A stretch of 64,000 bases of DNA from Octopus sinensis. Lineage: Eukaryota. The notes beneath the pieces were generated by a model. The model was not told where the DNA came from and ran no database searches. It saw only the letters and a list, made by a program, of their open reading frames with translations. A program made the translations under genes and the position numbers. Where the stretch lies: positions 93,062,001 to 93,126,000 of the forward strand of contig NC_043003.1 in the NCBI RefSeq assembly GCF_006345805.1, in the 5' to 3' direction. This document shows, piece by piece, positions 11,050-22,911 of this stretch (positions within the stretch are counted from its first letter, which is position 1; the number at the start of each line of letters is the position of its first letter).

Positions 11050-11420
11050 ATTTTTCCTTGTGTAGTTGTCTTGTACTCTGTTTTTTCGTTGTTAAAAAAA
11101 TGGTCCGTTCCATGCTGTTTTTACTTTTTCGTTTCTCGTTGAGTTCTACGTCTATTTGTGGTGTCCTGTACACACGTATATATATTTATATATGCATGTA
11201 TATATACATGTAGATGTAGGTACGCACATATATGTTTGTATGTATGCATATATTTTATTTATTACACTATTGTATGACTGAGCGCCCTCGCGTCGATTCG
11301 ATTCGTTCCGTTTCGTTTCTTCTTCTTCTCTAAGCTGGTTTATATATATATATATATATATATGTTTATATATATATATACATATATATACACGTATATA
11401 TATACATACATATATAAATA

Positions 11421-11752
11421 CACATGGCTCAGTGGTTAGAGCGTCGAGGTTATGATCGTGAGATTGTGAGTTCGATTCCCAGATCGGGCTGTATGGTGTG
11501 TTCTTGAGCAAGACACTAAATTTCACGTTGCTCCAGGTAACTCAGTTGTAGAAAAGAGTTGCGACATCACTGGTGCCAAGCTGTATCGGTCTTTGCCTTT
11601 TCCTTGGATCACATCAGTGGTGTGGAGAGGGAGGCAGGTATGCATGGGCAACTGTTGGCCTTCTACAAACAAACTTGCCTGGACTTGTGTCTCAGAGGGT
11701 AACTTACTAGGTGCAATCCCATGGTCATTTATGACCGAAGGGCATCTTCTCT
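11421..11752 (+). mobile_element. tRNA-derived SINE (second copy at about 52226-52560)
   Basis: TGGCTCAGTGGTTAGAGC...GAGTTCGATTCCC head followed by GTGTTCTTGAGCAAGACACT; homologous copy near 52.2 kb. Confidence 0.8.
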
Positions 11753-11844
11753 CTCATATATATATATATATATATATGTACATATATGTATGTATACATA
11801 TATTTTATCGCGTCGTTTCGTTTCTTTTCTCGAAGTAAGTTTTT

Positions 11845-12611
11845 ATATATAATTATGACACGAACTCTGTAACCCTTTACTTGACCTTTCCTTCCTTCCT
11901 GTCTGTCTTCCTCTTTACCTGTCTCTCCTTATTTTTCACCCTTTCTGGTTTCCTTTCCTCTCTATCTCTCCTCTCTCACTCCCCCTCATCTCTCACTCCC
12001 CCTCATCTCTCTCACTGCTGAGTGGACTACCAACGTTCTTTTGCTCGCAGCTTTCTACAAGTCAACATCGACTTTTTTTCTTGCGCTCCGAATTTTTCCA
12101 TCGTCTTGGCTTAAAAAAAGCCCTCAATGTTGGTTTCATTGTCCTGTTTTTATTCTTTATGTGTACTGTATTTTTATTTGTATTGCTTTTACGTCCTGTT
12201 CTTGTCACATTTTTTTCTTTCCTTGTTTTACCCCTCTGCAAAAGAATTTTATTTAATTCTTTTGCAGGAAGGACTGCTTCGACCGGATCGTGTTCTGTCC
12301 TTACCTTCGAAACACGCATTGAGTCGAACCAGGGACAGCTGATGAAGGGGAATATTCCTTGTATTGTTTGTCTTGTACTCTGTTTTTTCGTTGTTAAAAA
12401 AAAGTCCGTTTCCTAGTTTGTTTTTGTTTTCGCTTCTCGTGTTCTACGTTTATTTGTGGTGTCCTGTACTCATATATATATATATGCATTTATATATACA
12501 TATAGATGTAGGTACGTACATATATGTATGTATGTATGCATGTATTTTATTTATTACACTATTGTATGACTGAGTGCCCTCGCGTCGTTTCGTTTCTTTT
12601 CTCCAAGTAAG

Positions 12612-12615
<4 letters not shown>
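11845..12615 (+). mobile_element. Repeat unit carrying the permuted hammerhead-like motif (Penelope pLTR/retrozyme-like); tandem partial copy at about 10850-11335
   Basis: About 12130-12600 aligns with about 10860-11310 and, in part, 39415-39650. The unit-end motif CGCGTCGTTTCGTTTCTTTTCTC recurs near 11290, 11810 and 12580. Confidence 0.6.
12278..12350 (+). ncRNA. Candidate non-circularly permuted hammerhead ribozyme, copy B
   Basis: CGTGT-T (12289-12294), CTGTCC (12295-12300), CCTTC-GAAA-CACG (12304-12316), GGACAG-CTGATGA-AGGGG (12333-12350); outer helix TTCGAC/GTCGAA. Confidence 0.58.
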
Positions 12616-12659
<44 letters not shown>

Positions 12660-15484
12660 TGTATACACACACACACATATATATATAGATATACACAGAC
12701 ACACAGATACACACACATATACATACACACACACACACAGATACACACACACATATAGATACACACACACAAATATATGTACATAGCTTGAATTGCCCTC
12801 ACAAGCCATTCACCAATGCTTAATCTTCTAATTGGCCATCAGATTGCAGAGCATGCTATCATGCCAGAGGCTTTCTCCAACTCAATTTAAGCCAGATATA
12901 ATGGTTTACTCTTAGCCTTGTCTTTGTCCTGGTGTTGTCCTATGAGGAAGTTTGCATTTATGGTACCCTTTCTGTGCACAAGACTGAACTGCATTTCATA
13001 TATTCTATAATTTCCTCTCTGTATAGCATATATTTTGGCCTCATAGCAGTTTATAATGAGACTGCTATGTCACTCTTTGGTATGATACCTTCCTCTATTA
13101 CTTGATTAAGTATTTGTGTAACTATCATGTATTTTAACTCATCAATTATTTAAGTGTCTCAGCAATTATCCCTGATGGATTGCAAAACCCTCATTTCTCA
13201 CTTATGGCTGGAAAGTCCACAACAATCCATCAACAGGCTTGTACAGTTTCCATTCAACTAGTTCCCAATTTCACTTATAAGGCTTGAGATGAACTGAGAC
13301 TATGGGGAACAAAAACTAGTCTAAAATGTCTGGAATGGAATTGAACAGAAGACTTCATGATCACAAAACAAACAGATAGATATAAAGTAAGAGAAAAAGG
13401 AGAAATTTACATGAAGCTAAGAAGCACACAGTGTTGTTTGAAGGTAGAAAAGAATTTAAGAGAATTTTCTTCTCAGCAGCAGAAGAGCTTCCATTTTGCA
13501 TTGGTTTTTATTTGAGAAACATTCAAAATTTTGTAGCTTATTAATATGTCCAGAATATTTTGAAAGGCAGTGAGGGAAGAAAGACAATAAAGATGATGGA
13601 GAATAAATGAGGGAGTTGTAAAGGAAGTGTGGAGGGCCAAGGATGTGACAGTTTTTAAGCAGGTTGAAAGTGTGTGCATAGGTGTAGAGGAGGGCAACAA
13701 TATGATCAACTTAAAACACTTCAAGGCAGTTCCAGAATTGCTCGTCCACCCACCAGCCAGCATGCTAGCCATAATCCAATCCTCATCAAATCAATAAAAG
13801 AATAAAAGAGTGATATAAATGCATATTGATGAATTATTTATTAAAATATAAGTATTAAAATATACATTTATGTAATGACAGAAAAGTTTTGTTTTATTTC
13901 ATGTAAAAGTTACTTCTTCAAAGTATTGATGTAAACAAATATTAAATGCTTTGAAGAGAATATGATAGGGTAAAAATTAATAGCAGGAGCAACAGCAACA
14001 ACAGTAGAAGAAAAGGAGAAGAAAAAGCAAATAAAGGCAAAAAAAAAAAAAACCAACAGCAACAAGAAAAAAATGATAATAATGGTAAGAATTTGTGCAA
14101 AAAATATAATACCACTCCAAAAAGAAAAATTAGGATTAAACAAAAGAAGAGAAATTAGAAATTAAGAAGTTCCACTAATTTCAAAAATCACTTTATTACT
14201 TAAGATATATTAACTGTGAAATGAGATGTATTGGAATTTGATTATAGGGAAAATATATTTATTTAAACCCTTTCAAAATCAAAATGCTATTTATCTAATT
14301 CTGTTTGAAGAGAAGTATTTAATTTTTGATCTAAGTCTTTTGATCTTTTTCTTTATTTTACTATACACATATATATGTATGTATACATGTATGTCTCTAT
14401 AGGTATATATATGATACACACATATTTGATATAGAGCTCATTTGGATAGCTATACGATAAATATATTACTTACAATACCTTCATATTCTAATATAAGGAA
14501 AAAATCCGTTTTTCTTACACAAAACCTAAAGAGCCTTGGAGTAGAATTAACAGACATTATTATACAGAATGCAACAGCAGGTATTCCAGAGATGTAATAT
14601 TGGTAGTGCAGTATTGTTAATGATAATAATAATGGTAATAATGGTTTCAAATTTTGGCACAAGGCCAGCAAGTTTGAGGGAGGGGGAGATCGATGTAATC
14701 AACCCCAGTGTTTTATCTAGCTTGAAAGGATGAAAGACTAAGTCGACCTAAGTGGAATTTGAACTCAGAGTATAAAGTCAGGCAAAATGCTAAGTATTTT
14801 GTCTGGCATGCTAATGATTCTGCCAGCTCACCACCCTAATAATAATTATAATAATGATAAGCACTTATATGCAATAAACAGGTACCCAAATAATTAATAT
14901 GCAGTTTGGAAACTTTTTGATATAATGCAAATATATGTATATATATAGAGAGAGGCAAAAATTGTCTATACCAAAATTTTTATAATTTTTTTATAGCTAT
15001 TCTTTAAGGATAGAGAATATTTGAATTTGGTACAAAAAAGATTCAAACTATATCTTGTGCATTTTCCAGATTGAATAACTGTCATAATCTATTATAAGCA
15101 ATATGATAACCAGAACCATTTAAAAACATGCTGAAGGTTCAGATGGATAAAGATTTAGCCAAACAATATGGTTACCTATGAATTTTAATTATAACTTATT
15201 ATCAGGTAGAGATGTTTAGTTTATATCTAATATGAATGTGAGTTCCCACATACATACAGCTACTTGTAATTGGAGTATGTTTCATTTTTGCTATCAAGCC
15301 ATTTATATACATTAATGGTTTGTTTTGTGAGCATGGAAAGACAGTGTACAAGGGTTTTGGTTTCAATACTTAAGAGAAGAAGAATAGTAAACTGATCTCT
15401 AATCTGTACTTGTATCTATCTGCAAAGTTAAGGAACCAAGCCTTACACACACATATATATATATATACACACACATATGTATAT

Positions 15485-15521
<37 letters not shown>

Positions 15522-15546
15522 CACACGTATAAATATATATACATGT

Positions 15547-15601
<55 letters not shown>

Positions 15602-16362
15602 TGCATATATATAACTGTGTGAATGTATGGGATTTTTATATTAGGTTATCTTTTTTACCTAATGTAATCAGCTTAATTTTTTTTTTATTTGACACAGTAG
15701 GTACACACTTTTTTCTTTAATTTATTTATTTTTTTGTAGCTGTATCCAAAATAATGTGTATCAAATTTCCAGTACTTTAGAAATACTCATTCTGCAACAT
15801 ACAGACACATACTTCACAATATATATATATATATATAATATATATATATATTTATTATGATACCAATTTGCCTCAGATTACCCCTTATTCTTTGATATGA
15901 ACTTTTCGTTTTAATTCGATCTAAATTAAAACCTTTCATTGAGATTGCATGTTAATTTATTTTTCCAAATATAACAATATTATTTTACTAAGCCCTTCAT
16001 TATTTTCAAAATTAATTGGAATGCATGTAGTGTAGTTTAACAGAAATATGGTAAGAAAAACGTTCTCAATACACACATATTTAGAAGTGTGTAGAGTTTG
16101 TTAACTTTTTATTTGTATGCAAGGTAAAGACTGTTACATATTTTCTAAACCATGTCTTTTGTTCAATTGGCCTCCTGGCTATCTGTAATTTTATTTGTAT
16201 ATGTATGTTAATATGCATTAAAAAAAATAACTATAGCAAAAATTTCACTCTTATTGATTAATAGCTGGACTTGATGCTATGATCCATGCAAAACATTTTT
16301 AGGGTTTATTTTTATTTTTGTCATTTTTTTCTCATTCACAATATCCCAGTAGAGATGATTCT

Positions 16363-16389
16363 TCAGTAAATCAAGCAAGACTCAATGAG
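16363..16389 (-). CDS. Calpain last coding exon (LIESCLIY*)
   Basis: Long polypyrimidine tract ending TTCACAG, phase 0, TGA at 16363-16365. Confidence 0.75.
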   Translation of the reverse strand, partial: LIESCLIY

Positions 16390-17132
16390 CTGTGAATAGA
16401 AAGATAAAAAGATAATTATTAATTTAAGAGAAATGAATCAAGAAAATAATTTTAAAAATTATTACAATTAAAATATTTTGGATTAATATCTTTAAATTAA
16501 ACACATTATCATGTGTCTTTTATCATACTTTAACCTCCCAATACTTTGTAGAAAGTCACCTCTCCCCTCACAAATACCCATTTCCCAATTCATCTGAGGG
16601 CTTTCCTTTCCGTTTATTGTTCTCTTCCTGCCTTGCAAGTTAATTGGCAACCTCAGTTGTGCTGGTGGCATAAAAATTGCATCCAGTACATGCTGTAAAG
16701 TAGTTGGCATTAGGAAGGACATCCACTAGTAGAAACCATGCTAAAGCATGATGCAGCCCTGTGACTTGCTGGATCCTGTCAAACATACATAAACTGATGA
16801 TGATCATGATCATCATTATTATTACTGTTGTCATCATCAAAATAATAATAATAATAATAATAATAAACATCCTTAAACAACCCTTATTCAGGGATCTTTT
16901 GAGTGGGATGGCTTACTCGACCAGAAGAAAATTCTAACTGAGCCCCACTTGCAAGGTCATGTGCTGTTTATCTTGATATGAGATCACCATGTTGCGCACA
17001 TATGGTTGTGATGCATCTGCCTGGTGTACCCTTATCAGGTAGGTAGTCATGATGGGTATACTGGGCTTTGTATATTTTACTCTAGTGTCACTTTGATGAC
17101 ATGCACTGCTCTCTCACTCAATAATAATAATA

Positions 17133-17177
<45 letters not shown>

Positions 17178-17815
17178 CAACAATAATTGTTTCTAAGATA
17201 CAAACCCATTGGTTTTGAAAAGACGAGGTTAGTATTTTCAAAACCAATGGTCTCAGAACTTTAGTGGTACTTATTTTATCGATCTTGGATGAAGATGACT
17301 TGCAGGATTTGATCTTAGAATATAAAGCACAATAACTAAATATCACATGTTAGTTTGTCCAATTCTACCTATCCTCCATCTTTGACAAAAACAATTGCCT
17401 TGATGCAATACCAGACAGTGGCACTCATGGCTTCTGATCTTAACTGATTTGAAATGTTATCATGTACATGCGTCTTGGTGTGAAAGATGCTCTACAGCAA
17501 AAAGCTCCCATATTTTACATGACTATTGGTGTAGTGCTAATGATGTTAGATAGGTAGTAACAGCGTCTTTATGTTTTATCATTTTTTCTTTTCATAAGTT
17601 ACCATCATGGTTTGGATTAGTGTTAACTGTGCATTTGCTGAAGTATTTTAATCTGTAAAATGTGGGAGGTTTTTTGTCACACCTGTAAAGGCTGTCTCCA
17701 AGTTTGCAAAAGGACAAGATGGTCTCAAATAGAAGGCTTTGACCATGTGTATGCTTTATCTAGGTAAAACAATGACTATTTTTATAGAAAATATTTGTTG
17801 TAAATTATTACTTAC

Positions 17816-17883
17816 TTCCTCCAGACTAAACTCTGCAACTTCCTTCGTACCAAATGATGAGGCTTTATGTTCCTTAAAGGTTT
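17816..17883 (-). CDS. Calpain exon, EF5 region ([23 protein letters not shown])
   Basis: TTAACAG acceptor, GTAAGT donor, phase 1 to 0. Confidence 0.85.
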
Positions 17884-18099
17884 CTGTTAACAAAAGTATA
17901 TTAGAGACATACATTAATATATACACACATACATTTATACACATATATATATACACATAAATACATATATATATGTATATACATATATATATATACAGAT
18001 ATATACATAAATACATATATATATATGTATATACATATATATATATATACAGATATATACATATATATACACATGTGTATATATATATACATAAATGTT

Positions 18100-19050
18100 A
18101 CTATGTTGTACTTCAAGGTGGTCCTTACACTGGCCCCTATTGCATATGCCATCACTCCTTTCACCTGATTGTTGTTTTCATGGTCTTGGGTGTATATGGT
18201 CCAGCCTCTGCAGAATGTTTCTTCACTGTTGAAGTGATAGTGGTTGGTCTTCCCCTCTATGACCCATTGGGGCAGAATCTACCGAGGTCATGGTTGTCTA
18301 AATAGTCACTGTCACAGTTTAGTTTAAGGAGGAGGCCCAGTTCCCTCGCATTGACTTCACGGAACTCTACCTCACCCTCACAGATTATCTCAATGCATTT
18401 CTCCACTGCAAAATCTATGTCTGTAGATGGGTAGGATACAAAGAGTGTGTGACAAAGCAAACAGGATATGAACACGTGGTATAAAACTGACAAATATCAA
18501 GGAGCGATGTTTGTAGTGGCTACTCCCCTTGAAGAATTAGACTGTATATTGAGGAAAACTCTGAAGGAGACCAAACTCAGCATTAAAATTGCTGAAAAGC
18601 CAGGGAACTCCACATGATCGCAACTATGTAGGATGTACCTTTGAGAATACTATACGCATCAATGATAACTGCATGTATGTAGGATTAGCCCTGGCATTAA
18701 CTGTAGAACTAGAAATGTAGTCTACAGGATAAGATGCATAGAAGGTGCTTGTAAAGACATGAACATGACATACATAGGGAAGACATCTAGGAGCATTTCA
18801 GAAAGACTAAATAAACATTTGAGACAATATGACGACATAAAAGCAGTCCTCCATACTGTACCAACATGGTACAACATGGAGGCAACTTGGGTCGATTTGA
18901 CATCCGCATTTTATCCAAGCACCCAAAGGACCCAACACTCAGACAAATGCAGGAGTATGTCCTCATATATGAAACATCCCCAGTACTAAACAGGAAATAT
19001 ACATATCCCACCCCCATACCCACAGTTTATATTTATATACAAGTAGAATA
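18100..19050. mobile_element. Decayed Penelope-like element: GIY-YIG endonuclease remnant (+) abutting a possible RT remnant (-)
   Basis: + frame from 18696: INCRTRNVVYRIRCIEGAC...TYIGKTSRSISERLNKH (GIY-YIG pattern). The - strand reading FVSYPSTDIDFAVEKC only weakly resembles PLE RT. Confidence 0.6.
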
Positions 19051-20086
19051 GTTAGTGGACTGTTATATAGATAGATGTATGTATGTGTGTGTGTGTGTAT
19101 ATGAATATGCAATGTATGTAGGCATATGGATATGAAAGTAAAACAGATAGACATACAGACAGATAGGTACATGGGTTATATGAACAGACAAGCGCACATA
19201 CACAAATGAAGACTGAAACATGAACATATACACACACACACACACACACTTCACACAAGGACACATATGGAGACACACATCCACACATATGGCGATGCCC
19301 GTCCATACATACAGACACAGTCACAAACCCCCCTACACAGACACATTCAGACATGCACACAAGGAGTCAGAGGTACATACACACACATACAAACACACAA
19401 ACACATGACTATGCAGAATAAATACATACAAATGTACACACATACATGTATACATATGTACACATGCATACATACATGCATACACACACATACATACATG
19501 CATACACACACTTACATGCATGTATACATAAATGCATACATGTGTATGCACACACATACTGACCCACACACATGCACACAAACAAACAAAAAGAATGCAG
19601 CTTGAATAATGGACAGAGGCAACAACTATTGAATGACTTCAAAATGCAACCAAAATTTTAGAAAAATAACTAAGTAAATGAGTGGAAATTTTATCGGTGA
19701 GTGTGTTAAATAATAAGGCACTAAACGAGAATGACTCTTTCCCCCAGACACAACAGAATATGCTTCAACACATGAACTCACATAAAGACTCTTGCAATCC
19801 AAATATAAAAACAGTATGTATAAATATTTATTTTCTAAAATGTTAAAATCTTAGAATTTCTGTACAAAAAATATGTACATTGTGTAAGTTGACTCAAATG
19901 CCAGTAGTATGTAACCTTAGGTCTAAAATTTTATCTTCTGTTGGTTGTGGGCACAACAGTTTACCTCTAATTAAACTCCTCTTGTACACATCTTCCAACA
20001 AATGATCAACCACATTCTATGGTCATCTTCATAGAAATGTTATCATTTAAAATATCATTTACACAAAATATGTGATAAAAACTTAC

Positions 20087-20203
20087 CCAAAATTAAGGTC
20101 AGTTTGCAAATTATTTGAATGAAATCTATGAAGGTGAATACATTTTGTAGACCACCAAATTTTAATTTGAGGATCTTCAACAGACTTTCCGCATCTTCAT
20201 AAC
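20087..20203 (-). CDS. Calpain exon, EF4 (GYEDAESLLKILKLKFGGLQNVFTFIDFIQIICKLTLIL)
   Basis: 117 nt, TTTTTCAG/GTAAGT, phase 1 to 1. Confidence 0.92.
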
Positions 20204-20904
20204 CTGAAAAAGAAAAAAAAAGAAAGAACTATAAGACAAATTTACATCATACTCTGTGTGATGTGAATACAAAATGTTTCTATAGTGTAACATAGGTATT
20301 TTACTTCAGTACTGTTTTGTGTGATGTGCTGTTGTTATGTGGATGTGTTTGGTGCAAGTGCTGTTGAATGTCCATAGTTTCTAGAAAGATGTTTGTGCAT
20401 TCATGTGTGTAAAAGGAAGAGAGTTTAAAATCTGTAAGTTTTATATATCTTTCTCCTCTTCATCATCATCTGCTCCCATCTCCTCTTTTTAATGTTGCAG
20501 CTGTGACTAAATAATCACAGGTTCTCTTTAAGGATCCCAAAGAAGCACAACATTCTGTCTATGGCCAAAAATTTGGAACATAGGTCTGAAGTTTAGAATT
20601 TTTATATTAAATGCTCAAAGTTATATTTAATAACAATAATGATAATCCTTTCTACTAAAGGCACAAGGCTTGAAATTCTAGGGGAGGGGGCATTCAATTA
20701 GATTGACCCCAGTTCGCAACTGGTACTTAATTTATTGATCCTGAAAGGATGAAAGGCAAGGTCGACCTCGGCGACTTTCATCCAATAAAGATGATGATAA
20801 CAATGGTTTCAAATTTCAGCACAAATTCAACAATTTTAGGGGTGGGATCCAAGTCAATTACCACACCCAATTCAACCAGTACTTATTATTTTATCAACCC
20901 TGTG

Positions 20905-21217
20905 CCGGTGGTATGTAAAAAGCACCATCCGAATGTGGCCAATGCCAGTGCCGCCTTGACTGGCTTCCGTGCCAGTGGCACATAAAAAGCACCAATCCGA
21001 TTGTGGCTGTTGCCAACCTCGCCTGGCACCTGTGCCGGTGGCACGTAAAAAGCACCCACTACGCTCACAGAGTGGTTGGTGTTAGGAAGGGCATCCAGCT
21101 GTAGAAACACTACCAGATCAGACTGGAGCCTGGTGCAGCCTTCTGGCTTCCCAGATCCCCGGTCGAACCGTCCAACCCATGCTAGCATGGAGAACGAACG
21201 TTAAACGATGATGATGA
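20905..21217 (+). mobile_element. RTE-type LINE 3' end (UTR with hairpin modules and (ATG)n tail); further copies at about 41776-42066(-), 42807-43137(+), 43138-43447(+), 49241-49615(-), 55281-55636(-)
   Basis: Shared GTGCCGGTGGCACGTAAAAAGCACC modules, GGTTGGTGTTAGGAAGGGCATCCAGCTGTAGAAAC and an ACGTTAAACGATGATGAT tail. Confidence 0.8.
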
Positions 21218-21879
21218 TTACTTGGCCAAAAGTTTGGAACATAAGTCTGAAAATTTTTTCTTCTAGATATTGAACCATTGAATCTGTTATTAGGTAAGTA
21301 TATTTCTATGTTGTATGTATTTGAATCAAATTGTACTTGGACATAACAATTTTAATTTTTAAAAAAGTTACAAACTTTTGGCTGTGACTGTACATTTGGT
21401 GTTTAAATGGTGATGATGGTTAAGTAGCTGGTTTAAGTATTTGAGTACATATCAAGAGACTGATGTTATAGTGCAATGACACTACTGCATCATTGTTTTA
21501 ATGTTTAGTTTTCCATGCGGTAATATTTTCTCATGGTTAAACATGTTATCACAGAATATTGGAAATAAATTACACTGCTCTATATGACACCAACAATCAT
21601 TTTACAGTTATCAGGTGATGGCAAGACAAGGAGACACAAACATGGACTCTCCCTTCCTCACACACAAATGTACACACAACAAACACGCAATGGGCTTTTT
21701 TTTAGTTTCCATCTACCAAATCCACTTACAAGGGTTTGGTTGGACCAGAGCTATAGAAGACATTTATTCATGGTGCCCACTCAGTGAAACTGATCCTGGA
21801 ACCATGTGGTTGGAAAGCACACATCTTACAACAAAGCCATGCAAGCACCTGTGCATATTTAAGCATAAAACTTACCCAG

Positions 21880-22117
21880 ATCTTAATCTTATTTCGGCCA
21901 CAGTTCTTTCGTCACACTCCTGTGACCACATCAGTGGTCCTTTGTTTTCTTCTTTCTTATTTGTGTCTCTCCTTACTAACCATCAGCCATTTTGTATCAT
22001 TTTGTAACAAAGGACCACTGATGAGGTCACAGGAGTGTGACGAAAGAACTCTGGCTGAAATAAGATTAAGATTAATGTAAAAAATAGATAACACTGAAGC
22101 AAAGTAACACCAAATAT
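21880..22117. mobile_element. 238-bp insertion with internal 67-bp inverted repeat and 15-bp TSD, Penelope-like terminus
   Basis: TSD ATAAAACTTACCCAG at 21865-21879 and 22118-22132; 21880-21946 is the reverse complement of 22006-22072 with 3 mismatches; homologue at about 46800-47010. Confidence 0.82.
22012..22056 (+). ncRNA. Minimal type I hammerhead-like motif with intact core
   Basis: GGACCA-CTGATGA-G-GTCACA-GGAG-TGTGAC-GAAA-G-AA-C-T-C-TGGCT: 6-bp stem II, 2-bp stem III, CUC triplet, stem I with one bulge. Confidence 0.62.
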
Positions 22118-22128
22118 ATAAAACTTAC

Positions 22129-22207
22129 CCAGTTTTTTAAGCAACTGACTCAGCTCATCAATTTCTAAAAATCCGGAATTATCAGTATCTGTTTCCATGA
22201 AAACTTT
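22129..22207 (-). CDS. Calpain exon, EF3 (KVFMETDTDNSGFLEIDELSQLLKKL)
   Basis: 79 nt, canonical EF-hand loop DTDNSGFLEIDE, TTTTCAG/GTAAGT. Confidence 0.95.
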
Positions 22208-22842
22208 CTGAAAAATATCAAAGAAAATATAACATGATTACAATGACAAGGGCAGTAAATGGCAAGCGTGGTCGAGTACCAGGTTACATGCTTAGTGCTG
22301 CTAGCTATGTCTCTTTATGTTAGGAATCCATCTTTACTGTGGATAATTTTGCCTTCCTTCTGACTGGGTTTGATAAAAAAAATAGCTATCCTTTATTTTT
22401 TACTAGTTTCACTCATTGGACTTCAGTCATGCTAGGACACTGCCTTGAAGAATTTTTAATCATATGAATTGACCCCAATACTTAATTTTTTTTTACTAAG
22501 CCTGGTACTTATTCTATCAGTCTTTTGCCAAACTGCTAAGTTATAGGGACATAAATACACCAACACCAGTTATCAAGTGGTGGTGGGGGAAAAACACAGA
22601 CATAAATACACACACACACACACACACACATGGCAAGCTTCTTTCAATATCCGTCTAGCAAATCCACTCAAAGTTTTGGTTGGCACTAGGCTTTAATAGA
22701 AGACACTTGCCTAAGGTGCCAATGCTGTGGGACTAAAATCAGAACCATGTGGTTAGGAAGAACACATCTTTCCACACAGCCATGCCTGCATCTAAAAAGA
22801 AGGGAGAAAGTATATTTTAAGATAAAATGTATTTCTACTTAC

Positions 22843-22911
22843 AGCATATTCTTTCACCTTTTCCCAACCTTCTTTCATCTGTGGCATTGTCACATGACCA
22901 CTTTTAGTTTT
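22843..22911 (-). CDS. Calpain exon, EF2 (KTKSGHVTMPQMKEGWEKVKEYA)
   Basis: 69 nt, phase 0 to 0, GTAAGT donor, U12-type branch motif upstream. Confidence 0.9.

Noticed and set aside
11421-11490. Additional tRNA genes (also 9911, 28500-28574, 40205, 52226)
   Set aside because: tRNA-derived SINE heads lacking a complete cloverleaf and continuing into SINE bodies.
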